64,000 bases of DNA from Desulfosudaceae bacterium (GTDB lineage Bacteria > Desulfobacterota > Desulfobacteria > Desulfobacterales > Desulfosudaceae). The notes under the pieces are model-generated. The model saw only the letters and a list, made by a program, of their open reading frames with translations, was not told the DNA's origin and made no database searches. A program made the translations under genes and the position numbers. Positions 19,508-29,115 of this stretch are shown piece after piece. The stretch's first letter is position 1, and each line of letters begins with the position of its first letter. The stretch covers positions 2,080,001-2,144,000 of the forward strand of contig CAXXDV010000003.1 in NCBI GenBank assembly GCA_963674745.2, given 5' to 3'.

Positions 19508-19780
19508 ATGACAAAAGCGGAATTAATAGAAAAAATGGCCAAAGATGCAGGTATATCAAAAGTTGCCGCTGGCCAGGCGCTCGATTCTTTTATCGGTGGC
19601 GTAACCAAAGCGCTCAAGAAAAAAGACGGTAAAGTCACCCTGGTTGGTTTCGGTACATTCTCAAAAGTCCGCCGCAAAGCTCGGAAAGGCCGCAATCCTC
19701 AGACAGGCGAACCCATTAAAATAAAAGCTCGCACAGCTGTTAAATTCAAAGCCGGCAAAAAACTTAGTGACGCTGTTTAA
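19508..19780 (+). CDS. hup: DNA-binding protein HU
   Basis: MTKAELI...VGFGTF...RKGRNPQTG; true start at 19508, not the ORF-track start at 19136. Confidence 0.96.
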   Translation: MTKAELIEKMAKDAGISKVAAGQALDSFIGGVTKALKKKDGKVTLVGFGTFSKVRRKARKGRNPQTGEPIKIKARTAVKFKAGKKLSDAV

Positions 19781-19936
19781 TTAACTGGAATAACCCTTGT
19801 TGCTTTCACTCCTTCCCTCGTCACATCATGTCTTGATTCACTGAAAGAAGTAACCTTATTACCGGTGCGACCAGCGGCATCGTCCGTTCTATCGTTATTG
19901 TCTCGGGAAGACCGGACGCGGTTTTTTGAACCGCCA

Positions 19937-20425
19937 TCAACAACACCTTTCCGTCAGGCGCTCGTTTAATTCTGATATCCGTTGCCTCATTTTATTAATC
20001 TTCTGCGGCGATATAGACTTCAGGTTATCAATACATATCAAATGGGTCGTTCCGCGGGCACGACTTCCGATGTTAACGAAGTCTTTAATCAGCCCGCGGA
20101 TATCCGAAGACATGAAAACACGGTCGGTCAGAAAATCATCGCAGAAAAATTCATAACAGACCATCGGTCGGCCATATTCCAGGCGGCATCCCTGAGGCCC
20201 CAGCCAACCTTTCTTCTGGTCATAGGTCACTTTCTGCATCCGGACGAGACGACTGAGGAAACGGCTTTGAAATGATTCACGGCAGTACGCTTCGGCACAG
20301 CATTTTTTGACGCACCGGGCACAAAAGTCATTTGAGATATCCCGGACCCGCCTGAGTATCTCCCGTTCAACCTGGATATAATCCGGGATGATTAATGATA
20401 TGGATTCCATCGCCGTCTTCTTCAT
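19937..20425 (-). CDS. Cys-rich hypothetical protein (YkgJ/Zn-Fe chelating-like pattern)
   Basis: CxxCxxxCC...C...GC.....RP.VC.EFFC pattern; start uncertain. Confidence 0.6.
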   Translation of the reverse strand: MKKTAMESISLIIPDYIQVEREILRRVRDISNDFCARCVKKCCAEAYCRESFQSRFLSRLVRMQKVTYDQKKGWLGPQGCRLEYGRPMVCYEFFCDDFLTDRVFMSSDIRGLIKDFVNIGSRARGTTHLICIDNLKSISPQKINKMRQRISELNERLTERCC

Positions 20426-20597
20426 CAGCACATCAGTCTTCCAGGCCAAGCAGACGGCCGTATCCATCTTGAACGGCCGTCATTTCATCTATTGTTCTAT
20501 CATGAAACGTCTTGCGAAACCATTTTTTTCTGGCATCTTCCACCTGTTTTATTATATTATTATTGAATAAAATTAAAACATTCCCGGATACGAGCCA

Positions 20598-22349
20598 ATG
20601 AGCCCAAAACCGACCTACGAGGAACTGGAACAACAGGTGGCCCTGTTACGGCAGGAAACCCAGAAACAGCTCATGGCCGAAGAGGCCCTGAAAGAAAGCG
20701 AACAACGCTACCGGACCATTCTTGAAAAGATCCAGGACGCTTATTACGAAGTGGATTTCAAGGGGAATTTCACCTTCTTCAATCACCAGATGTGCCAAAT
20801 GCTGGGTTATTCAAAAGAAGAAATGAAAGGCATGAACAACCGGCAATATCTGGACGAGCATAATGCCAAGCTTGTCTACCAGACGTTTAATCATGTCTTT
20901 CAGACGGAAAAACCATCCAACGGGTTTGATTGGAAACTGACGCGGAAAGATCAGTCGGAGATATGGGTCAATGCTTCGGTGTCACTGATCAAAAATACAG
21001 ACGGTGACAAAATAGGGTTCCGGGGCATTGTCCGGGATATTACCCGGCAGAAAGAGATGGAGAAAGAACTTCATCAAAAGGCTTATTTCGATGCCCTGAC
21101 CGGCCTGGCCAACCGGTCACTCCTGCATGACCGGTTTGATAAAGCCATTGCCAGGGCTTACCGGTATGGATCATTACTGGCGGTTTATGTGGTAGACATG
21201 AATCAGACCAAGGATATCAATGATACCCTGGGACACGCTGCCGGTGATGAGCTGATCAAGGAAGTGGCCCGTCGTCTGGAACAGTCGGTAAGGGAAAGCG
21301 ACACCGTGGCCCGGACCGGGGGTGACGAATTTGTCATCCTTGGTGAAGGTGTCACCATGGAAAAGGGTGCCTGGGCACTGGGGCAGAAAATTATCAACAA
21401 CATCAAAGACACCCCTTTCAACATCATGGGTAATGTCATTTTCCAGGATGTCAGCGTCGGTTTCAGCCTATACCCCAATGACGGCCAAACCAAAGAAGAC
21501 CTTCTGCGCCAGGCGGACGTGGCCATGTATTACGCCAAGGAATCCCTCAGCATCAGACCCCACCGGTACAGCACGGATGACGATATGCTGTCCACCCGCT
21601 TTTCCATTGCCCAGGAACTCCGGAAAGCCATTGAACAGAACCAGTTTCTGATTTTTTATCAGCCCCAGGTGGATCTGAAGACCCGTGATATCATCGGCAT
21701 GGAAGCATTGCTGCGCTGGGACCATCCGGAAAAAGGCCTGATTTCACCTTCTGATTTTATCCCGGTGCTGGAACGAACCGGTTTAATCCGGACCGTCGGG
21801 CTTCGCGTGGAAAAAAGCGTCTGTGAGCAGATCGTGGCCTGGAAAAATGAACAACGCCCCATCAACCAGAAAACGATCAACTGCTGCATTTACGAATTGA
21901 ACAATCCGGCCATGCTCGATGAACTCATGAACACCATCAAACAATACGGCGTTGACTCCTCCCTGATCGGGATTGAAATCACCGAACGCGTGGCCACCCG
22001 GCAGATTGATGAAGTCCAGCGTTTGCTGCAAGCCCTGTCCGATGAAGGCATCACGATCCTGCTCGATGATTTCGGCACCGGGTATTCATCTCTAAGCCTG
22101 CTGCAGAAACTGCCCATTGATATCGTCAAAATCGATGAATTATTCGTGCACGCCATGCTGAACGATCAATACAGCGCCTCCCTTGTCAAGGCCATTATCA
22201 ACATGTGCCATGAAACAGACAAAAAAGTCATGGCCGAAGGGATTGAAACCGAAGAACAGCTGCGGTTTTTAATGGACCTGGGCTGTGATTACGGGCAGGG
22301 ATTTCTGCTCGGCAAACCCCTCCCGCCGGAAGAAGTTTATGCCGTCTAA
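20598..22349 (+). CDS. PAS-GGDEF-EAL diguanylate cyclase/phosphodiesterase
   Basis: PAS; RESD I-site followed by GGDEF; EALLRW, EITE, DDFGTGYSSL, AEGIET. Confidence 0.94.
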   Translation: MSPKPTYEELEQQVALLRQETQKQLMAEEALKESEQRYRTILEKIQDAYYEVDFKGNFTFFNHQMCQMLGYSKEEMKGMNNRQYLDEHNAKLVYQTFNHVFQTEKPSNGFDWKLTRKDQSEIWVNASVSLIKNTDGDKIGFRGIVRDITRQKEMEKELHQKAYFDALTGLANRSLLHDRFDKAIARAYRYGSLLAVYVVDMNQTKDINDTLGHAAGDELIKEVARRLEQSVRESDTVARTGGDEFVILGEGVTMEKGAWALGQKIINNIKDTPFNIMGNVIFQDVSVGFSLYPNDGQTKEDLLRQADVAMYYAKESLSIRPHRYSTDDDMLSTRFSIAQELRKAIEQNQFLIFYQPQVDLKTRDIIGMEALLRWDHPEKGLISPSDFIPVLERTGLIRTVGLRVEKSVCEQIVAWKNEQRPINQKTINCCIYELNNPAMLDELMNTIKQYGVDSSLIGIEITERVATRQIDEVQRLLQALSDEGITILLDDFGTGYSSLSLLQKLPIDIVKIDELFVHAMLNDQYSASLVKAIINMCHETDKKVMAEGIETEEQLRFLMDLGCDYGQGFLLGKPLPPEEVYAV

Positions 22350-23445
22350 CCGGCCCAATCGTTTTGAACGACACCCGTTCATTACCATTGTTGCGGTTAT
22401 CGTCGTGTCCGTCATTGCGTCTGCTGCCGTATTTCTGTTCGTCTATAAATCTTATCTGGCGCCGATCGAAGAAGAAGACCTGCTGGATGCAGCCTTTACC
22501 TACCGTGAAGCATCCCCGGTATTTAATCACGGATTAACAAAAAACAAATCCGTTGAAGCGGTCTGGGGACCGATGAAATACCGGCTTTACACCAATTCTC
22601 TGGGATTCAAAGACCGCCTTGTCCGGGAGGTCCCGCTTAATACCGAAAACCATCGTATCCTGCTGATGGGGGATTCTTTTACCGAAGGCATCGGCCTGCC
22701 TTATGAAGAGACCTTTGCCGGCATCATTGGCGAAACCCTTGCCGCAGACCGCGTGGAAGTCCTCAATGCCGCCGCCGTATCCTATTCACCCATCATCTAC
22801 TGGCGTAAAACAAAATACCTGATCGAGACCATCGGGCTTCATTTTGATGAGATGGTTGTGTTCCTTGACATTTCCGACGCCAGGGATGAGGCCGAGTCCT
22901 ACTACCTGGATGACAAAGGAAACGTTCAAAGTCACCTGTTTGAAGACCGCACAACCCGGAAAAAAATACTGAACCGGATCCAACGGGACAACATCATCGA
23001 CTCGTTGAGCCGCTACCTGTCGATATTGATTGAATTTTCATCCAAACCGGCCTGGGAAACCGGTCGCTGGACCATCGACCCGGAACTTCTTGAAAAATAT
23101 GGCCGCCCCGGACTGGCCCAGATGACGATCTACATGAACCGGTTAAGGGAGCTGCTCGAGCGACACCATATCAAACTGACGGTCGCGGTTTATCCCTGGC
23201 CGGTTCAAATACGGGAAAATGACCGGCACTCCATCCAGGCACGGTACTGGGAGGACTGGTGCCGGCAATACAACATTGACTTTATCAACTACTTTCCGGT
23301 GTTTATCCGTAATGACAAAACAGACCCGCAAAAAGTGATCGATCAATACTTTATACCGGGTGACGCCCACTGGAACCGGCAGGGCCACGAACTCATCGCC
23401 CGGATTTTCTGCCGACACTTCCGGCAGCGTTCCACCGCCGAATGA
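22339..23445 (+). CDS. Membrane-anchored SGNH/GDSL hydrolase family protein
   Basis: N-terminal TM; TNSLGFKD; MGDSFTEG (block I); D.HWN..GH (block V). Confidence 0.85.
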   Translation: MPSNRPNRFERHPFITIVAVIVVSVIASAAVFLFVYKSYLAPIEEEDLLDAAFTYREASPVFNHGLTKNKSVEAVWGPMKYRLYTNSLGFKDRLVREVPLNTENHRILLMGDSFTEGIGLPYEETFAGIIGETLAADRVEVLNAAAVSYSPIIYWRKTKYLIETIGLHFDEMVVFLDISDARDEAESYYLDDKGNVQSHLFEDRTTRKKILNRIQRDNIIDSLSRYLSILIEFSSKPAWETGRWTIDPELLEKYGRPGLAQMTIYMNRLRELLERHHIKLTVAVYPWPVQIRENDRHSIQARYWEDWCRQYNIDFINYFPVFIRNDKTDPQKVIDQYFIPGDAHWNRQGHELIARIFCRHFRQRSTAE

Positions 23446-23457
23446 ACATAGGCGTTT

Positions 23458-24213
23458 TTATCCTTCCTCAAAAGGAATCGTATTGATCGCGGCGAACTTC
23501 GGCTCATGCAGGGGAATGAGGATGTCCGCCCGGTACTTCACATCCAGCATGATATCATAGGCGTCATAAGCATTAACGACGGTACCCGGTGGAATAACCT
23601 CCATTTCCATGCCCTTGATTTCCGGCGGCGGAAAGAAATTCTCTTCAATCACACAAAAACCGGTAATGGCCGCCACCCCCTTTTCCGTCTGAATCCAGAT
23701 CGTCAAACCGCCCGGGGTGTGTACCGGGGTGTTGGTGACGGAAATGCCCGGCAGGATATCGCCGTCTTCAGAGACGGTCTTTATCTGGCCGTTTTCGGCC
23801 ACATCATCGATAAAGTCCTCCAGGTACCTGAAGTCCAGCGGATGAGGATCACGAATGCGCGCCAATTCCTTTTCATGGCAATAGACGACCGCTCTTGTAC
23901 ATTTATAGTCATTTTCACAATGATCATTGTGCAGGTGGGTATGAATTACGACATCGATGTCTTCCGGCGTCAAACCGTATTGGGCCAACCCTTCTTCAAA
24001 AGAATAAATTTTGCCACCAATGGCCTGCTCCCTGGCCGATGACTGAATCGGTTTCATCTCACCGGTGTCTACCAGAATCTTTTTATCGCCGCCTTCAATG
24101 TACCAGCAGTAAATGGGAATGGTATATTCTTTTCCGTAATCATGCTGATAGGTCATCATGCCCTTGTCAAACACCTTGGTCCCCATCACGATGGGATGAA
24201 TCCTGTATTGCAT
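23458..24213 (-). CDS. Metallo-beta-lactamase fold protein, N-acyl homoserine lactonase-like family
   Basis: LVDTG, HTHLHNDH, HTPG, terminal PLHE. Confidence 0.85.
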   Translation of the reverse strand: MQYRIHPIVMGTKVFDKGMMTYQHDYGKEYTIPIYCWYIEGGDKKILVDTGEMKPIQSSAREQAIGGKIYSFEEGLAQYGLTPEDIDVVIHTHLHNDHCENDYKCTRAVVYCHEKELARIRDPHPLDFRYLEDFIDDVAENGQIKTVSEDGDILPGISVTNTPVHTPGGLTIWIQTEKGVAAITGFCVIEENFFPPPEIKGMEMEVIPPGTVVNAYDAYDIMLDVKYRADILIPLHEPKFAAINTIPFEEG

Positions 24214-24517
24214 AGCACGCCTTTCGGCAACAACGGCTGCCGTCTTTTATTTATTCCGGTTTGCATTAAACGTTCTGATCCGGCCTCATGGACCGGAGAT
24301 CGCGTCTGCATTATATGTCTTTTTTATTATATCCCACCACGGACAAACGAATTCAAGCTTTTCTGAAATTGAAGCTGGATACTTCTAATTGAAAAATTCC
24401 GGCGTATTGTTCGGCACATCCACCCCGCCGGTTACAGGCACCGGCCAGATGCCGCAGGTGCAGCCCAAAATATTCGGGGCAAATTCCTTTCCAGTATTGA
24501 ATCTCAGCACTTGCCTT

Positions 24518-24548
24518 TTGACTTTAAGTTTCCATTCCGGTATATACT
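24518..24548 (+). promoter_or_regulatory. Putative sigma70 promoter
   Basis: TTGACT-17 nt-TATATA(CT) upstream of 24629. Confidence 0.5.
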
Positions 24549-24628
24549 CAGAATTATCCCGAACAATTTAGCCGGACCTGAGAACCGGCTTCTTTTATAT
24601 CACTAACTTTATTTTAAGGAGATCCGTA

Positions 24629-25261
24629 ATGGCCGTTATTACCATTTCACGACAATTCGGGGCCGGTGGACGAACCCTGGGAAAAATGATAGCTGAAAAA
24701 CTGGGATACCGGTTCCTGGATGAACTGATCATCAAGGAAATTGCCAAGGAGGCCAGGGTGTCCAAAGACACGGTCATCTCCCTGGAGCGGTCTGCCGGAG
24801 GCACCATTTCCAAAATGATTTCGTCACTTTTATCCAGGGATTACATGGAACGCCTGACGGGGGAAGGAAAAGGATATATTGACGAACAGATCTATGTCGA
24901 CATCCTGCAGGAGGTCATGACCAAGCTGGCGTCCGAAGACAATGTGGTGCTCATGGGTCGGGGCGGTCAGTATATTCTGCAAGACGCCCCGAATGCTTTC
25001 CATATCCTGCTGGTAGCCAACATGACGGATCGTATTGCCTTCATGCGCCGCTTTTACAGGCTGTCCGACCGGCAGGCCGAAGAAGCGGTCAATAACGGCG
25101 CCAAACGCCGGGCCAATCTTTATCGCCGCATGGGCAAGCAGGATTACGACCAGCCGGAGCTCTATCACCTGGTCATTAACCACAGCAAGGTGTCACTGAA
25201 AAAAGCCCGGGACCTGGTCTGCGATCTGATCACACAGGAAAAAATCGATATTCTTGATTAA
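24629..25261 (+). CDS. Cytidylate kinase-like family protein
   Basis: ITISRQFGAGG, VVLMGRGGQ, YHLVIN; AAGGAGA RBS. Confidence 0.88.
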   Translation: MAVITISRQFGAGGRTLGKMIAEKLGYRFLDELIIKEIAKEARVSKDTVISLERSAGGTISKMISSLLSRDYMERLTGEGKGYIDEQIYVDILQEVMTKLASEDNVVLMGRGGQYILQDAPNAFHILLVANMTDRIAFMRRFYRLSDRQAEEAVNNGAKRRANLYRRMGKQDYDQPELYHLVINHSKVSLKKARDLVCDLITQEKIDILD

Positions 25262-25274
25262 AAAAGGGATTACC

Positions 25275-27026
25275 ATGGAGCCGAGTTCACCCAACATCAT
25301 CGCCAATGCCCTGGGTTGTCACGCCCTTCACAACGCTTCCGGTGAAGCCATTGTTTACGGAGACAAACGAATCACCTGGAAAGAACTGGCCGAGCGGGTA
25401 TTCAAGCTGGCCAACGCCCTGATCAATTCCGGCATCAAAAAAGACGACAAGGTCGCCTTTATGTTTTACAACAGTCCGGCGTTTATCGAAATCAACTTCG
25501 CCATCCAGGTGGCGGGCGCCATTCCGGTGCCCATGAACTATCGCTTTGTGGCCAATGAAGTCGTATACCAGCTCAACCACTGTGATGCCCGGCTGCTGAT
25601 ATATGATCATCATTTCAAAGACACCGTAGCCGAAGCCGCGCCGGAACTGTCGGGCATTGAAACCTTTGTCTGCCGGAACGCGGAAAGTGCCAACAACGGC
25701 CCGGAATATGAATTCTTCCTGGCCTCAGGCAGCACCGATGATCCGAAGGTACCCACCGACTGGGACGAAGTGGCCGTCATGATCTACACCGGCGGCACCA
25801 CCGGATTTCCCAAGGGGGTCATGCTGACCTACGGCGGACACCTGGATATGTTCTGTCATTTATTTTCTTCCATTGTTACCCGGGCGGCAACGGTCGATTT
25901 GACCCGCGAACAGGTGAAGTCCCTGACAAATATGGTGGCTTTACCCGGCGTAAGTCTTTTTTCCGGACTGGCGCGGACAAAACTGGCCAAAAAACTGCTG
26001 GCCAGCAAAAAAACCTATAAAACAATCGAGAAAGCCGTCCGCTACCTGCTGACCCATCCCCAGGCGGCCCGGGTCGGCTATAAAAACACCATCCGTCTGA
26101 TGACACCGTCCATGCCGTATTTTCATGATGCCTCCTACCAGACGCTGATTCTGGGTGCATTGACCGGCAACGCCTGCGCCATTATCGTTCCGGGCAGCAA
26201 ATTCGACCCGGAGAAAATTCTTCAGACCGTCGAACGGGAAAAACCGGCCTTCATGGCCAACGTACCCACCGGCTGGAAAAAACTCGTTTCTTTTGCCGGT
26301 TTTGATCAATATGACGTCAGCTCCCTGCTGGCCGCGGCCACAGGCGCCGGCGCATGTTCGGCCGACCTGAAGCGGAAAATGTTCGCCAAATTTCCCGGCA
26401 TCATTATCCTGGATATGTTCGGCCAGACGGAAATGACGCCGATCACCTCTTTTCGTATCGACATCAGCCCGGAAACCGTCAAAGAGCGTTCCGTGGGCCA
26501 GACGATTCTTGACGTCCGCATTGTTGATGAAAATGACAACGATGTGCCCCGGGGTGAAATCGGTGAAATCATGTACCGGTCCAAGTGGATCATGAAAGGC
26601 TACTACAAGGATGAAGAAAAGACGGCCGAAGCCATGAACGACGGCTGGTTCAAGGGCGGCGACCTGGGTTATATCGACGAGGACGGTGAGGTCCGGCTCA
26701 TTGACCGCAAAAAAGAATGCATCAACACCGGCGGTGAGAAAGTTTTTCCACTTGAGGTGGAAGAAGTGCTGCACAATCACCCGGATGTCCAGGACGTATG
26801 CATTATCGGCGTTCCTGACGAGGAGTGGGGCAATACGGTCAGAGCGGTTGTTCAGCCCATGCCGGGAACAAACCCGGATCCGGATGAATTAATGAAATTC
26901 TGCCGGGGCAAACTGGCCGGTTTTAAAATTCCCCGTTCAGTGGTCTTTGTGGAAGAGTTGCCGCTCTCCCCGGTGGGCAAAGTCCTGCGGGCCAAAATCC
27001 GCGAATATTACGGACAACCGGATTAG
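25275..27026 (+). CDS. AMP-binding acyl-CoA synthetase (class I adenylate-forming enzyme)
   Basis: YTGGTTGFPKG, FGQTE, GGDLG, DRKKECINTGGEKV, PLSPVGKV. Confidence 0.92.
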   Translation: MEPSSPNIIANALGCHALHNASGEAIVYGDKRITWKELAERVFKLANALINSGIKKDDKVAFMFYNSPAFIEINFAIQVAGAIPVPMNYRFVANEVVYQLNHCDARLLIYDHHFKDTVAEAAPELSGIETFVCRNAESANNGPEYEFFLASGSTDDPKVPTDWDEVAVMIYTGGTTGFPKGVMLTYGGHLDMFCHLFSSIVTRAATVDLTREQVKSLTNMVALPGVSLFSGLARTKLAKKLLASKKTYKTIEKAVRYLLTHPQAARVGYKNTIRLMTPSMPYFHDASYQTLILGALTGNACAIIVPGSKFDPEKILQTVEREKPAFMANVPTGWKKLVSFAGFDQYDVSSLLAAATGAGACSADLKRKMFAKFPGIIILDMFGQTEMTPITSFRIDISPETVKERSVGQTILDVRIVDENDNDVPRGEIGEIMYRSKWIMKGYYKDEEKTAEAMNDGWFKGGDLGYIDEDGEVRLIDRKKECINTGGEKVFPLEVEEVLHNHPDVQDVCIIGVPDEEWGNTVRAVVQPMPGTNPDPDELMKFCRGKLAGFKIPRSVVFVEELPLSPVGKVLRAKIREYYGQPD

Positions 27027-27068
27027 GGGTTCAGGGTTCAGGGTTCGGGGTTCAGGGTCCAAGGTTCG
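27027..27068. repeat. Heptamer tandem repeat (GGGTTCR) x6
   Basis: gggttca gggttca gggttcg gggttca gggtcca aggttcg. Confidence 0.85.
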
Positions 27069-27086
27069 GGGCCGTTCGTTGGTGTT

Positions 27087-27155
27087 GTAGGGGCGACCGG
27101 CGGGTCGCCCTCACATCGGGATGCCGCGGCTGTAGGGGCACGGCGTGCCGTGCCC
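27087..27155 (+). repeat. Two GTAG-type REP hairpins
   Basis: GTAG-GGGCGACC-GGCG-GGTCGCCC (27087-27110) and GTAG-GGGCACGG-CGTG-CCGTGCCC (27132-27155). Confidence 0.85.
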
Positions 27156-27170
27156 TTCTGCCAGGGTTCA

Positions 27171-28607
27171 TCATTCAAACTTCCAGGCGGTGGTCCCGTC
27201 CGGCTTATCCTCCAGAACGACCTTCATTTCGGCCAGCTGATCCCGGATGCGGTCCGCTTCGGCAAAATCCCTGTCTTTTCTGGCCTGACGCCGGGCGTCA
27301 ACCAGGCGATCGACCTCGGCCGGATCAATGCCCCCCTGGGCAGCGGCCGCTGATTTCCGGTTGGCGAAATAATCAGCGGGGGTATCATAAAGAATGCCCA
27401 GCACACGTCCCATGCGCCGCATATCCCCGGCTTCAACGGTCATATCGGTCACGGCCGCATTACCGCCGGCTTCAGCCTCATCCATCAGCCGGTTCAGGGT
27501 CCTGGCGGTCTCAAACACAACACCGACGCCCCGGGCCGTGTTAAAATCATCATCCATGGCCCGGCAGAAGGCCTGCCAGTGGCTGCCGGGGCCGGCTTCG
27601 GCAACCTTCTCTTCCGGTAAGGCCTCTTCCGCACGCTGCAACGCCAGATAAAGTTTATCCAGGCCGCCGGCCGCATCACCCATGGCTTCATCTGAAAAGT
27701 CCACCGGGCTGCGGTAATGGCTGGAAAGCAGGAACAGCCGGATCACTTCCGGATGAAAGGCGTCGAGCATGTCATCCACGGTCAGAAAATTATTCAGGGA
27801 TTTGGACATTTTCTCCTGGTTGATGCGGACAAAACCGTTATGCATCCAGAACCGGGCAAACGGTTTATCAAAAGCAGCCTCGGACTGGGCGATTTCGTTT
27901 TCATGATGGGGAAAAATAAGATCCTGGCCACCGCCGTGAATATCGAAGGTTTCGCCCAGAATCCGGGCGCTCATGGCCGAACACTCGATGTGCCAGCCCG
28001 GCCGCCCCTTTCCCCAGGGGCTGTCCCAGGACGGTTCGCCCGGTTTTTCGGCCTTCCAGAGCACAAAATCAAAAGGATTTTTCTTGCGTTCATCCACTTC
28101 GATCCTGGCCCCGGCCATCATATCGTCCAGCTTCCGGCCGGACAACTTGCCGTAACCGGGAAAGGCCGTAATCGAAAAAAACACGTCGCCATCTACGGCA
28201 TAAGCGACTTTTTTGTCGACCAGGCGTTGAATCACGTCAATGATGGATGAGATATGTTCTGTGGCCCGGGGTTCATGGGTGGCCCGTTCCACATGCAGCG
28301 CATCCATATCCCTGTAGAATTCATCAATATATTTTTCTGAAACGTCCGTACAGGTCAGGCATTCTTCGGCAGCCCGGTTGATAATCTTGTCGTCCACATC
28401 GGTAAAGTTCCGGACATAGGTCACCTCCAGCCCACTGGCACGAAAATAACGGGCGACAACATCAAAAACAATCACCGAACGGGCGTGCCCGATATGACTC
28501 GGCCCGTATACGGTGGGGCCGCATACATACATCATCACTTTTCCGGGATGCAGCGGTTCGAAATCTTCTTTTTGTCTGGTCAGCGTATTATAAATCTGGA
28601 TCGTCAT
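27171..28607 (-). CDS. cysS: Cysteine--tRNA ligase
   Basis: [30 protein letters not shown]. Confidence 0.97.
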   Translation of the reverse strand: MTIQIYNTLTRQKEDFEPLHPGKVMMYVCGPTVYGPSHIGHARSVIVFDVVARYFRASGLEVTYVRNFTDVDDKIINRAAEECLTCTDVSEKYIDEFYRDMDALHVERATHEPRATEHISSIIDVIQRLVDKKVAYAVDGDVFFSITAFPGYGKLSGRKLDDMMAGARIEVDERKKNPFDFVLWKAEKPGEPSWDSPWGKGRPGWHIECSAMSARILGETFDIHGGGQDLIFPHHENEIAQSEAAFDKPFARFWMHNGFVRINQEKMSKSLNNFLTVDDMLDAFHPEVIRLFLLSSHYRSPVDFSDEAMGDAAGGLDKLYLALQRAEEALPEEKVAEAGPGSHWQAFCRAMDDDFNTARGVGVVFETARTLNRLMDEAEAGGNAAVTDMTVEAGDMRRMGRVLGILYDTPADYFANRKSAAAAQGGIDPAEVDRLVDARRQARKDRDFAEADRIRDQLAEMKVVLEDKPDGTTAWKFE

Positions 28608-29097
28608 TCGTATTATTCCTGTTACCTGTTGAACGCAGCAAAGCGACACTCATGGCAGCCATGCCGTCTCCTCTGCCGATATATCCCAGTCCTTCGGTGG
28701 TAGTCGCCTTGATGTTGACACAATCTCCGCCGACATTCAATGCAGCGGCTATATTTTCCGCCATCATCTCGATAAACGGGGCCAGCCTGGGGGCCTGTGC
28801 CAATATGGTGGCATCGATATTAACGACAGCATAACCCCGGGCCCGGATTTTTTCGGCGGTCTTCTCCAGCAGACGGATGCTGAATATATCCTTGAAATCC
28901 GGATCGGTATCCGGGAAATGCCGGCCGATATCACCCAGACCGGCGGCGCCCAGCAGGGCGTCACACACGGCATGCACCAGCACATCGGCATCTGAGTGGC
29001 CTTCCAGCCCTTTTTCAAAGGGAACGGTCACCCCGCCCAGAATCAATTTTCGACCGGCCACCAGCCGGTGCACATCATATCCCGTGCCGATACGCAT
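28588..29097 (-). CDS. ispF: 2-C-methyl-D-erythritol 2,4-cyclodiphosphate synthase
   Basis: [30 protein letters not shown]. Confidence 0.97.
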   Translation of the reverse strand: MRIGTGYDVHRLVAGRKLILGGVTVPFEKGLEGHSDADVLVHAVCDALLGAAGLGDIGRHFPDTDPDFKDIFSIRLLEKTAEKIRARGYAVVNIDATILAQAPRLAPFIEMMAENIAAALNVGGDCVNIKATTTEGLGYIGRGDGMAAMSVALLRSTGNRNNTNDDPDL

Positions 29098-29115
29098 AAA
29101 AACTCCCTGACGGTA

